A program made the translations under genes and the position numbers. The notes under the pieces were generated by a model. That model made no database searches and was not told where the DNA came from. It was given only the letters and a program-made list of their open reading frames with translations. Positions 24,701 through 36,700 of a DNA stretch of 64,000 nucleotides are shown one piece after another. The first letter of the stretch is position 1; every line of letters starts with the position of its first letter. Source of the stretch: Amoebophrya sp. A120 (lineage: Eukaryota; Protista; Dinoflagellata); the NCBI GenBank assembly GCA_905178155.1, contig CAJINV010000010.1, positions 1,222,709-1,286,708 on the forward strand, given 5' to 3'.

Positions 24701-27700
24701 TGTCTATATTCGCGGTCTTTGCCGCCTCTAATTTCTGTCTAAGCAGCGGCCTTGGCCGCTTCGGCTGCTGTCTATTTTTTGTCTAATTTGCCCAGTTGGG
24801 CAATTTGCGTGCGATTTTGCCTATGTCGGCCGTTGCTCTGAAATTTAGGCGCAAACTTAGAAAATTTCGGGACGTGGTCAAGAACGGCTGAAAGGGTTGG
24901 CGGCGCAATTGCTTCGCCACTGCGCCTTTCTGGCGGGTCTTCGGCGATGGGCTCAGGCGTCTGCGTTCTGCAAGTCGCCCGCGCCCCGCCTGTGTCCCCG
25001 GCAAGGGTTGCCCGCCTCGGCCTATTGCCCGGGGCGGGCTTGCTCGCCCAGGCTAGGGCTTGGGCGGTTCAAAAAATAGCGGGAATTTAGGCAGTCGCCC
25101 GCCGGGGCTGGCTCTCCGCGACACCGAGGCGACGCGAGCATTATGGTTGATCGGGAAAGGCAGGGGGGATACGGAAAAAAAGGGAAAGCAGAGAAAAAGC
25201 AAAAAATATGGGTGAAGCATTCGGAAAAGGCGGGCACGACGATAGTAACAATACAAGAGGAAAGCTCGAGAGCCGAGGCACACCTGTGGAAAATAGAAAC
25301 AAAGGGGAGCCACCTGAAATCGGAAGTAAGAGAAGAGGAGAGGAGCTTCGTGGCGTATTGCAGTAATGCAATAAGAACAATCGAGAAGGTGAGGGAGAGA
25401 AGAATAGGCAAACAAGGTAGGACAGAAATAATGCTACTGGACTATGACGAACTAAGGGAAAAGACGAGAGGCCTGCTGCGCAAAGGAAACGGCATAGGGC
25501 TGGAGCTACAAGAAACGATCGAAAAGGCAGAGAGCGCGGATACAGGGCTGACAGTCGAAAAGAGAAGAGGAAACGCAAGGAGGACGGAGGCGAAAAGGGA
25601 TATAGAGAAGGAGATAACGGAACTGATCCCGCTTCGAGTAGCGAATGTGTTGAATCATGATAATGAATGCACGAGCTGGATTCGATTCGATTTTGGGAAA
25701 AAGTGTATAGGGATGGACCCTGTATGGGAGTGGCCGGAAATGTCAAAAATAGAAAGGCAGGCTTATATCCACGCGAAAATATTAGGCGAGAGAAAGAAAG
25801 AAGAGAGAGAAAACGACAACGGAGAAGGTAACAAGGAGAAGGAAAAAGCAGGGGGCGAGGGAATGATGGAAAAAAGGGACAAGAAGAAGGGAAGAGGTGG
25901 AGAAAACGAGAATCGGGCCGCGAACGCGGGAGCGAGTTCAGCCAGCCAGCCGCTGGCAAAAATCGCCCCTAAGATTGCCCTAAGAAAGTTCTAAGTTTGC
26001 GCGCCCCAGTATTGGTAGAAAGATCTCTGAAGGCAATGAAGCTCCTCGATCTTTCTCCTCGTTCTATGATAGTTCCGGTCTTTAGGTTTTGAAATGGATC
26101 GCACAGTGCTGACGAAATTGACGCCCAGTTCTTGGAATTTCTCTCGATCTGTCTCTTATCGCTCTGTTGGAGGGTATCCCGAGGATGTTTTGCAGTTTGA
26201 AGATGTTTATCTTGGTTATCGATTTCCAAATCATTCACTTTTACTCACAGCGACCGGCATATTTTACGGATTTTACTTGCTTATGTTGTTTGTTAGAAGT
26301 CCAGCGCGCATCAGTTTGTTGTCATAGTTTGCATCTCCCCTCAACGTATCTGGTTTTTGGAATTACCTACTCACCCCTTCGACCGCACTACCAGTATCAT
26401 GGAAGACCGTGTGCAAGGTGTTGGCCCCGGTGCACCGCCGGGCGAAATTGTGGCACCGGCGGAAGTTCAGGATCTCTCGGCACTGGAAGCCAAGATGACG
26501 ACGACGACGGATGTTTTGGCCGGTTTTCTGATCCGAACCGGGAAAGTTCGCTTACTTCGCGACATGATCCTGCTGCCCTCGGCGTCCCGCATCAACATGG
26601 GACGGTATGGGAAATTTATGTTGCGGGTCTTTCTCAGTGAAGCGGTTGGGACGGAGAAGGCAGTCTTATCCGAATTGGAAAGCCGGTCTGATGTGGCGAT
26701 CGGGCATGTTTACGAGAGGATCTTCACGCGTTTGAAGTTGGTCCTGCAGACGTGTCAGCGCAACTACATAACCACCTGGCTGCAGATGGTAGCAGGGCGG
26801 CGGCGTGGGCTTGTGAGCCACGTGCAGTTCGATGGGACACCCATCACCTTGCTCCCGAAAGGTGAATTCGTATCCGCCGACTCACTAGGAGTTTCGCAGT
26901 GTATTATCTCACCGCGGGAAGGGAGTGGCATTTTTTATTTGGTTTTGTTCTTTGTGTGTCGTAGATTTTCTAGTTTGCCAATGTTCATCCCAGCGCCCTC
27001 TTGTATATCTTATTCGCATGTCAAAACAGGTACTTTCGCGAGCCACGTCAGCAGCACCACCGAGATCGGCGTGGGTGGGGTTGAGCAGAATCGATGTTGG
27101 AACTCGCCGGATTGTGTGCATATGGTCGACGGGAAGCGCGACGTTTATGCAGAGAAAACACATGCTGCCACGCCACTAGTACTAGCGCATGAGATGCATT
27201 GGGAGCGTTATTTGAGGCGCCGGCGATTGTGCATGGCCTGCCTGTGGTGTGTCCGTGTTTTCTTTGCATACCGCGCAGGAGTACATGGAAATTCACAAGC
27301 GGACGACGAACGTGCGGTCCGAAGCCAAGAAGAAAACCCCTGGGGGCAAAGTCGGGCTCACCATGAGCCACTATGTGTCCGATGGTGGAGCGCTCGGGGT
27401 GGTGCGGAAGTATTGCGGCCTCCGGCACATGTCCTGCGGATTGGATGGTGGCCCAGCCACGGCTTTGGAGGCCCTGCATGACCTCCATGTCATGGATTCG
27501 TGTGTGTTGCATGGAACCCACGGGGCCGGCGAAGATGGTGCGCAGCGGGTAGATTTATTGGCTTCCGAGGCGCATTTAGATGACATCAAGCGGATTGCCA
27601 ATGGCCTGCGAAAGTCCTTCGGCGGTCTGCGGGAGGAGTTGTGCGATTGGGTCGACAGGAACTATGCCGGGGGGAAAAAATTGCAAGACTCGACCGACTA

Positions 27701-30700
27701 CGACGACTTGATGGATTGGATCAACCCCGGAAGCGACAAGCTCGTGGAAGAAATCAAAGAGCAGGAGCTTCGCTTCGTAGGGGGGAAATTGTTGGGAACC
27801 ATCCCACGCACGGAGAAGGGCGTGCTGGTCTTCATCGCCTCGCTGTTGTGCAGGATCTCGATCCGCGCATTCCAGTTCGGGCGGTTTGGCAATGGATTGG
27901 ACCCGGCCCGACGTGTGGTTCTGGCGGATGTCTGTGGGTTACTGCATTTTGCCGAATATGCGAAGCGTGTCGCGAAGCGGAAGTTCTTCCTCCAGCAGGC
28001 TTTTACAACCACGAAGCTGCGCTACAAACAGTTTCCCGTCGCGGCCTGGAGTTTGGTCACCTTCTTGCCCCCCATTGAGCGCTGCGAAAAGTCTCTGTTG
28101 AAGGGCGAGACGGTGGATGATGTTGTGCAGATTCGCAACCAGTTCCGGGCCGATGTTGCCGTGGTCCGGCGGCAAAATCTGCGAAAACTCTGGGCCTTTT
28201 CCCCCAGTATGACTGAAGCTGATCGGGAGACGTACATCAGTGCCAGCCTAGACGCTCTGTCGACCGCTGCTGCTTCTCAGGAGCTTTTAGCCTTTCGCCG
28301 CCTGGATTTGCCGCCCTACAGCATTGTTCTCCAGAAGCCCCGAACCCTCGACGCGATCTTGGACCGCATCAGCAACACCTCTGAGGATTGTCTCGACGCG
28401 GGATTCTGCGGGAAGTTAAAGAAGTTGCAGCACTACTCCCCTGGCAGCATCAACGACAGCAAGCAGTCGCTGTGTGACATTGTGCAAATTCTTCTCACTT
28501 TACCACAGACGATCATCATTCGGGAGCGCGCGCACAAAAGCGGACACCGGCACACAAAGTCGGCGAAGAGTTTCAGCAAGGTGAACGAGATACAGTTCGT
28601 CGAGCAGTATGTTGAGCAAAATCATCTGCTTGAAACCTGTCCCGGGAAAGCTCTAGCCGCAATGGGGAAGTCTTTGGACACTTTGCGAAAGGAGTCGGGC
28701 GCGAACATGGTGCGGAAGTCGGGAATGTTTTTGAAGGAGAAAGCCGGTGGCCAGGGGCACAGCTACGAAGACATGCGGGACACGGTGGCGAAGGAAACAA
28801 ACAAGACGTTTCAGCAACTGGCCAAGGCTGGCCAAGTGGAGTACCTGCAGCCGATGGTAGAAGAGCAGCAAAAGAAGTTACTGGAGAAAGCCGAGACCCG
28901 GCATGAGCAGCAGCTCGCGAAGTCGTACAAATTTCAGGACAAGGTGGCCCGGCGCCGATGCTTTGTCACGGGAACAAACTCGCACGACCTCGATGGCCTT
29001 ATCACGGAGAAAACTTTCTTGGATGAGTGGGGGAAGCTGCGCGTGGATTCTTCCAAGGCCGCGCTCCACGCGTGTGCCCAGGATTTCGACGCGAAGTTCG
29101 CGGAGCTTTTGGATAAGACGATGCTGCGGCTCCCAAGCCGTTCTCCGTATCTGGAGCATTGGGATGATTTGCAGGGAAATGTTGCGGAGATCGTGCGGAG
29201 CCACAAGCGGTGTCGGGACAAATTGGGCGCGGTCATCGTTGTGAAGTCGGAGGAACTGCTCGAGGATGATGATTTGGAGCTGGCGTGCTTCGAAGTAAGC
29301 TTCATCAGCCTGCAGCCGTACATATTGGGAATGGAGTACCTCCGCCCAGTCGACATCTCTATGGTCCCGGGTGGCAAACCTGGTCGGAAGACCTTCTTCG
29401 AGCGCACTGGGATTTTTCGCTACATTACCAAGCTGCTAGGCGATGTCTTTATCGTCGCGCGCGAGAACGTCACCTCCCACGGGGGAAAGTTCCTCGAGGT
29501 TCCGGGGAAGGCGACCTACTTCTTCATCGACAGGTGCGACACGTTTGAAAAGCTGCTTCCGGGCTCCTTGTTGGAGAGGGGGAAAAAGCAGAAGGCGGGC
29601 GAGGTTGAGGAGGACGAGGGGGAAGGCCGCTCCGCCGCTCTCAACAACTACAAAAAGCGGAAGGCTGGGAAGGTGATTAGCGTCGCAGAACTGCGGAAGA
29701 CAATGGACGGCGAGCGGCTGGCCAAGTTGGAGACCTGTTTCACGGACCTGCAGAAGGTTCGCGAAGAGGCGGCACAGAAATCAGCAGCAACTGCCGACCC
29801 CTTGCACAATACTGATATTAATCTAACAATTTCCGGCGGGGCCTGGGTCATGGCGAATCACAACAAAGCGAGTGACAAGCTCGAGATGAAGGTCAAGGAC
29901 AAACGCCTCTTTGCGGTCTGTGATCGGCTGAAGCTGAAGCGGGTGCGGGATTTTCGTCATGCTATGTGGGGAGACGATGAGAACCGGTCAGAAGAATCAG
30001 CTCGGAGTGTTAGAAACCTCTACCGCTTCTTCTTCCAGTCTGGTGCCCAACTTCCGGGCACAGCTGACACCTGCCCCGATCATACTAAAATCTGTCGCGC
30101 ACAAATCCAAAATGATCACAAGCCGGCGATTGCAAAACAAAGCAACTATCTCAAGGATCGCAAACAGTTCTTCTGCCACAGACGCGACGTCTTCTATAGT
30201 CATTTGATCGATCTGATCGACAACTGCGTCTACCGTCTCCCGGTCGACTCGGACGAGCAAGACGCGCTCGCGGTCGACACCATGAACATACAAGACGATG
30301 ATCTGTAAACCGTGCAAACCATTGGTCTGAACTTGCAAGAAGTCATAGCGAAATAACTCAAGCGCAAAGAGTGTAGCTCGTGTCGAGTCTCGAGCCCGAT
30401 CCTTTTCTGTTCTCAGCGTGTCGCGGTGCCTGATGGTCTTGATTGATGCAAAAAATTGACGCTGAAGATGATGTTGTCCACCCAGATGAACACAAATCAA
30501 AATCTCTTCTGGTTCTGTGCGCCTGAGCTTGTAACGTCGGGCCCCGACTTGTTAATTCCTAAACACACATAATTTTTTGCGACAGGGACTCTCATTCTGT
30601 TCTAGACGCTCTTGCAGCATCTGACAAAGCAGTCTTTGCAAGTTATACCGACCAACGGTTTACCACTGCATATCCTGGACTGCCCCGCGCTTCCTCGATA

Positions 30701-33700
30701 CCCATAAAGGATGTCTTCTGATCTCGAGAACAAAAACCCGGCCTCCGCTGCCACTTCTGTGGTTGGAAACGCGGAAACCAAGGCAGCTGCTGCCGGTGCT
30801 GCTTCGGCGAAGCAGGCTTCCCCCAAGGTCAAGGCGAAGAAGAAATCCCAGAACAAGGCGGCGAAGAAATCTTCCAAGAAGAAGACTTCCCCCTCGACCC
30901 TTGTTGTTCAGGTACTACGCTGTTTTTCGTAGGTATTCTACTTGCCTTGGATTGCTAATTTGTTAACTAATTTCGCGGATAACCCCTCGGCTAAATCGAT
31001 GCCTAATTTTGCGACTAATTGCTGGATAATTTTTTGAGGGGGACCTATTCCGTATTTGTGAAGGCAGTTTAGACACAGATTAGACGGATATTTAGACACG
31101 AAATTAGATGGCCCTCGCGTCATGTAGTTGGGCCTTTCGCTCCCCTTCCCCGAATTGGGGCGCTCGCGTTTCTTGCCTCCCTGGAGCGGGAACTTTTCGC
31201 CAGCCCCCGGCTGGCGAAAATCCCCACTGGAAATACAATTTGTGTTGAATTTCCAATGGGGATTTTCACCAGCCGGGGAGTTTTTCGATTGGAAATTCGA
31301 AAAGTTTTGAACTTTTAACTTTTGTCGAGCGGGAACTGGGACTTTGTACTTCCAAAGTTCCAGTTCCCGCTCGACAAAAGTGGGGAATGATGTGAAAGGA
31401 TTTCTCTTTCAAAAATGTTGAAAGACGAGAAATCCTTTCGCATCTTTCTCCACTTTTGTCGAGCGGGAACTGGAACTTTGGAATTCCAAAGTTCCAGTTC
31501 CCGCTCGACAAAAGTGTGCTTTCGCCAGCTCCCGGCTGGCGAAAATCCCCATTGGAAATTCAACACAGTTTGTATTTCCACTGGGGATTTTCGCCAGCCG
31601 GGGGCTGGCGAAAGCATTTTCACCAGCCCCCGGCTGGTGAAAATCCCCATTGGAAATTCAAAACGTTTTGAATTTCCAATGGGGATCTTCGCCACTCGGG
31701 GAGTTTTTCGATTGGAAATTCGACAAGTTTTGAACTTCCAACTTTTGTCGAGCGGGAACTGGAACTTTGGATTTCCAAAGTTCCAGTTCCCGCTCGACAA
31801 AAGTGGGGAATGATGTGAAAGGATTTCTCTTTCAAAAATGTTGAAAGACGAGAAATCCTTTCACATCTTTCTCCACTTTTGTCGAGCGGGAACTGGAACT
31901 TTGGAATTCCAAAGTTCCAGTTCCCGCTCGACAAAAGTGGAGAAAGATTTGAAGTTTTGGACTTCCAGTCCTTTCTTTCGCCAGCCCTCGGCTGGCGAAA
32001 GCACTTTCGCCGAGAAGTCGTTGGTGAAAGTCCCGATTGGAAATTCAAAAAGCTTTGAGGTTCCAGTCGGGACTTTCGCCAAAGACTCGTTTGCGAAAGA
32101 GGAAAACACAGGGAAAAGCCGCATACCATCCGCGGAGCAACGACTCTCTCTTGTTGCGGGGCGGCTTTTTCAACATGTTTTGTGGGAGGGTTTTGCTTTT
32201 CTAGTCTCCCTCGAGCGGGAACTGGAACTTTCGAGTTGCGAAAACTCGAAAGTTCCAGTTCCCGCTCCGGTGGGAGGAAGAAAACTGGTTGCGAAAGGAA
32301 CGACGTGTGCAGATTTTGTCACATGCAGCATCTGAATTTCCACAATTAAAGAGCTTGTTTATTCATGAAAAATCTTCTCTCAGGCGCCTACCCTGACCAA
32401 GAAACAGAAGGCGGCGGCCAAACGCAAGCAGCGGCAGGCGGCCAAGAGCATCCTCGAGCAGCAGACTTCGGACGCCCTGCCGGAGAAACTCGTGGGCCAC
32501 GCCTTCAAGATGGCGCGTAAGTTGAACACCAACAAGCGTTGGAAATTCAAAAAGAGCGTGATCAAGTCCGCCTGCTGGGAGGGAAACAGAACCACCGCGG
32601 AGTACATCGCTACGGAATACATTCCCGCGTTGCGGGCTGAGGCCAAAAAGAAGAAATTGGACAAGGGGGCGGACACGAAGTATTGGATTTTGAAGCCTGA
32701 GTGGGAAAAGGCCATCCTGGCCAAGTGGACGGAGGAGCGGGAGGAGCAGGCACAGCAGGTTCGTGGACGGGTCCGCCCGTCCATCCTCCGCATCTTCAAC
32801 GACTCCCTGTACCCGACCGCGCATCTGAAGCATAAAGCGGCGCTTGCGTGGCTCCACCGCCACGCGCAGCAGGTGAAGAAATCCTTCCCCCGGTGGTTGG
32901 AAATGACCGTGAACGCGGCGGCGTCGAGCTCCACCTCCGCCCCGCAGCAGACCGTGAGAATGTACGAGGCCACTACCGATCCGCTGGACAACACGTACGG
33001 CTTCGGGCGTACTGATTTCGAGCGTGCGCTCGACCTGGCTTCGACCGGAACGGGGCAGAACTCCGGGTCTACGCCTGTCACTGCTTCGAAGAACTCCTTG
33101 TTCGCTGCGAGTGAAAGCGTGAATCTGAAATCGCCCGGGAATGAACAGACCAAACTCGATTCCACGGTCAAAACCACCCCGCCGCCGAAGCCCTTCGCGA
33201 CGGCCGGCTCCGCTGGTCCGTTGACCAGCAGCTCTGCCCCGTCCGTGTCCAACACTGTTTCGCCCGTGAACGACGACCCGCTGCTGAACAACCCGACGAA
33301 GCGTGATGGAAAGCGGCCGTCGGATGCGGAGGATGAGCTGTTGCATCGTGCGAAAAGATCCCGGAGTGCCCTGCTCCAGGCGCGGCGCACGGGCCGTGGC
33401 GCGAGGGCCCGGGCCGCAGAGGAGGACTCTGCCGCGGATGAGAAGTACGGGCTGAACGCCACCGAGATCGGCGACGTAAACTCCGGGATTTTGCAGATCA
33501 TCTGCCAGAAGGACGCGGAGCTGGGCCGTCGCGACGACCGTGGCCTCGAGGCCCTGGCCGCCTATGTGGAGGCTTCGCAAGGTAAATGCTTACTCCTCTT
33601 TCCAAACCACAAGCTGCTTCATGCTTTTTGCAAACCTAGAAGGCCTTTTTTTTGTTGTCAAACATAGACAAACGGAGAGCAGCGGCAAGTGTCCATCTCA

Positions 33701-36700
33701 TCCACAAATCATCAGGCGGACACCTGCCGCCGGATTTTCCCGCTTAAATCAGGCTAAAAAATTGCTAAAAGCAAAAGACTAGGCCCCCGGCGGCGTTTCG
33801 TCAGTGCGCGCGCCGGGCCCTGGCTTTGTCCCATGCCTTGCGCCGTGGCCGCGCAGGCATTGGGGCGGCCACCTAGCATCCCCCGGGCTTTGTTTGCCCT
33901 CCCTCTTTCAGTTTTGCTCGTCGGTGGCGTTTGGGTTCTCCCTGTGGGGTTTCTGCGTTCTCATGGCTCGGCCGGGGCGTCGCCAAAGCAGTCCAGTTCC
34001 ATCCTTTGGGGCCGCCGCTACGTCCGTTTCATGGCGGATCGCCAGCAGCGGCATTTGCCAGCCGCCCGGAGCAAGGAAAGTGCTCCAAGCAGGACAGCGC
34101 CTGGGTGAGGCCCGGGGCGACCCTCTTTGGCGGGGGAGACGTCGTCTGGGGTGAAGGTGTTTGTTGTTCTGCTCGGGTTGTTTTCTTGCTTCGGACGGCA
34201 AGGTTGCGGCTCCTCCGGAAAGGGCCGGAGTTGGGTCCGGAGTTGGTAATTTTCGGCACTGCTAAAATCGGGATTTGGACTGCTAAAACGATTGCTAATT
34301 TGAATGCTAAAATGGCTGACCCTTGAAAATCGGAACGATTTTCAAGTTTTGGCATTTTAGCACAAAATTAGCAATTTTTTAGCAGACACTTTAGCACGGA
34401 TTTTAGCAGACGAAAACTGCCGCGGCGGGATGTGGTTCCAGGGGATTTAGCAGTGAATTAGCACTGAATTAGCAGACTTTTAGCAGAATTTTAGCAGACC
34501 GGCCGCCCCCCCAACATCTTGTGAAACGGGGGGAATCGTTGGCGTTGGAGGGGCGATCGCAGGGTCGGGCGTTCGGGAAGGTTCTATGGGAAGAACCGCT
34601 GCTCAAGTCTGACTGGTCATTCGGGGCGCGAATTGGTGGCGCGCAAGTCCGCCGTCGGGGAGGTGTTTCGGTTTCTCCCGCCCCAGCCCGTCGTCCTTCC
34701 GCCGGCCGGCGCGCTTGCGAGGCCCGCAAGGGGGCCGGCGCGCAAGTAGGCCTGGCCGGGTTTTTCTGAAGGGGCGCCTGCCGTCGCCTCCTTCTTCCGC
34801 CTCGCCTGTCTTCGGGCCCGGGGCAAGGCGGTCGTCTTCCCTTTTTCCCGGTTGTCGCGCGTGCTTCCCCTGTTGCTTTGGGGAAAAAAATTTTTTAGCA
34901 CTTTTTCAGCAGCTTTTTAACGAAAAAGCCCGGCGCCCTTTGTCCGCCTGAAAATCAAAACGACACAGACTCCAACGTGGACCAGGACGCCGTGGAGTCC
35001 GGTCGCGAGGCGGGCATTACCCTCCTGGAGAAGCGTTACGACGTCGGCGTTCGCTCCCCGGAAGATTTCCGCGAGGAGTATGATGCGTTTTTTGTTGTTA
35101 AAGTTCTTCTTCATCTTGATCGGTAAGTATTACGCGTTGCTCGCAGATTATAAATCAATCCGCTAGGTGGGTTGAAATATGGGCGCCCAACACTCCCAGT
35201 CCGCGCGCAAGCGTTGTCTAGAGGTGTTGACCTGGTCGCGAAATACAAACAACCCCCAGGCCCAGCGGTAGCACTTCTGTTCGATGCAGAGTGTGAGTCT
35301 TGCTTCTAGATGCGCATCAATCCACACACTCAGGTATTACGACGCGATCTCCATCCTCTGCCCCAATCTGCGCCGCGTGTACCTGTTCACGAAGAAAAAC
35401 AGCACCGGGACTCTTGCTTTTGAATGTGAAACGGACGAAGTCGAGCAGCTGTTGGACGACATCGAGACCTGCGAGATGCCGATGTTCGCGGAGACGAAGA
35501 AGGCATTGTTGCTTGCCCGCGAGCGGAGTGAGTGCGTTGAGCGCATTGGATGGGTAAGATTATTTTCTATCTCCGGCGCATTGGTCACCTGCTTCATGTG
35601 CTTGGTCTGCTTGCATTTCTTCCCGCCAGCAATGAGGACCACTGCTCTTCCCTCAACAAAAGCGAACAGGTCTTTCGTGATTATGATCCCCTGCAGCTGA
35701 ACTTCAACGAGATTGAGCAGAAGGAAGGACAGATCACGACACAGCTGGAACAGTTGTTGACTGACGCGAAGGGTGGGGACTACGCTGTGGACTTCTGGAA
35801 AGCCCTCGCGGATGCCATTCCCGACACAGTGGAAAACTGGACCCCGCGTTATTTCTACCGCCGCTACGTTGATGTGGCGGAGCATTCGACCTCCAATTCC
35901 GGCATCAAACACCTGACCGAAATCGAGAAGCAGCGGAAACATGTTGAGAAGGAGTTGGGCAAGATCTTTACCCCTGGCCAAACGACCGTGTATAGTTCAT
36001 CCCTATCTACTTCTTTTTAGCATTTAGCGATGCCCAATGTGCGACCTGTTTCTTTGAAAAGTGTTGGTATTTTGCATGACAAATTCCGGAGCGCCCATCC
36101 AAATGACCAAAAACGTCTCAGGTTCCAGCTCGTCCGCGGGATGAAGAATCTGCCGGAGTGTCTCGTCTGGGAGCGGATGGAATATGAGAAGGTCTGCCAG
36201 GATATCAACCAATACAACGAGAACCTGCTGGCGCGGGAGGCGCTGTTGGGGTTGGTGCACAACGACTTTCACGAATGGGCTGACGGTAATTCGCACTACG
36301 ACGCGGTGAAGGACGCCATCGAGGCGGGCCTCGCGTTGACTTACCCGGTCCGGAAGAAGCATTTCTTGACCGGAAAGGAAAAGGAGAGGGACGTGTGGAA
36401 ATATTACACCAAGTACATTCTGAAAAAGGCGGAGCGCGACCAGATGACGCCGCAGAAGATCACGCAGTATCTCAAGAAATTGGAAGAACTGGAGGAAGAG
36501 CTGCGCCATGGGGTGCAGGATGGTACTTGGTTGCAATTTCATGTTTATGTTGTCAATTTTGAAAAACACTTAACTGAGAGATGCGACGCGCAGTCGCAAG
36601 CTTTTCGAGCACACTCCTCGGTCCATGGTTGAACTACTTGAAGATATCACCCGCTCAAATGAACACGCACAGTTGTCGAGCATTGCTCCAAGATTTTGGA

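Noticed and set aside
26399-30308. This transposase as the mobiliser of the introners
   Set aside because: Its element has CAG ends and an 8-bp TSD, while introners have TA ends and 5-bp repeats, and the TIRs share no visible similarity. Not supported, though not formally excluded.
31169-32284. CRISPR-like array (palindromic repeats with spacers)
   Set aside because: Repeats are 60-84 bp, the spacers are themselves repeated, there are no cas genes, and the context is a eukaryotic intron.
32363-33580. Long minus-strand ORFs (405 aa, 373 aa) and similar antisense ORFs elsewhere
   Set aside because: They are shadows of GC-rich + strand coding exons, with no independent motifs.
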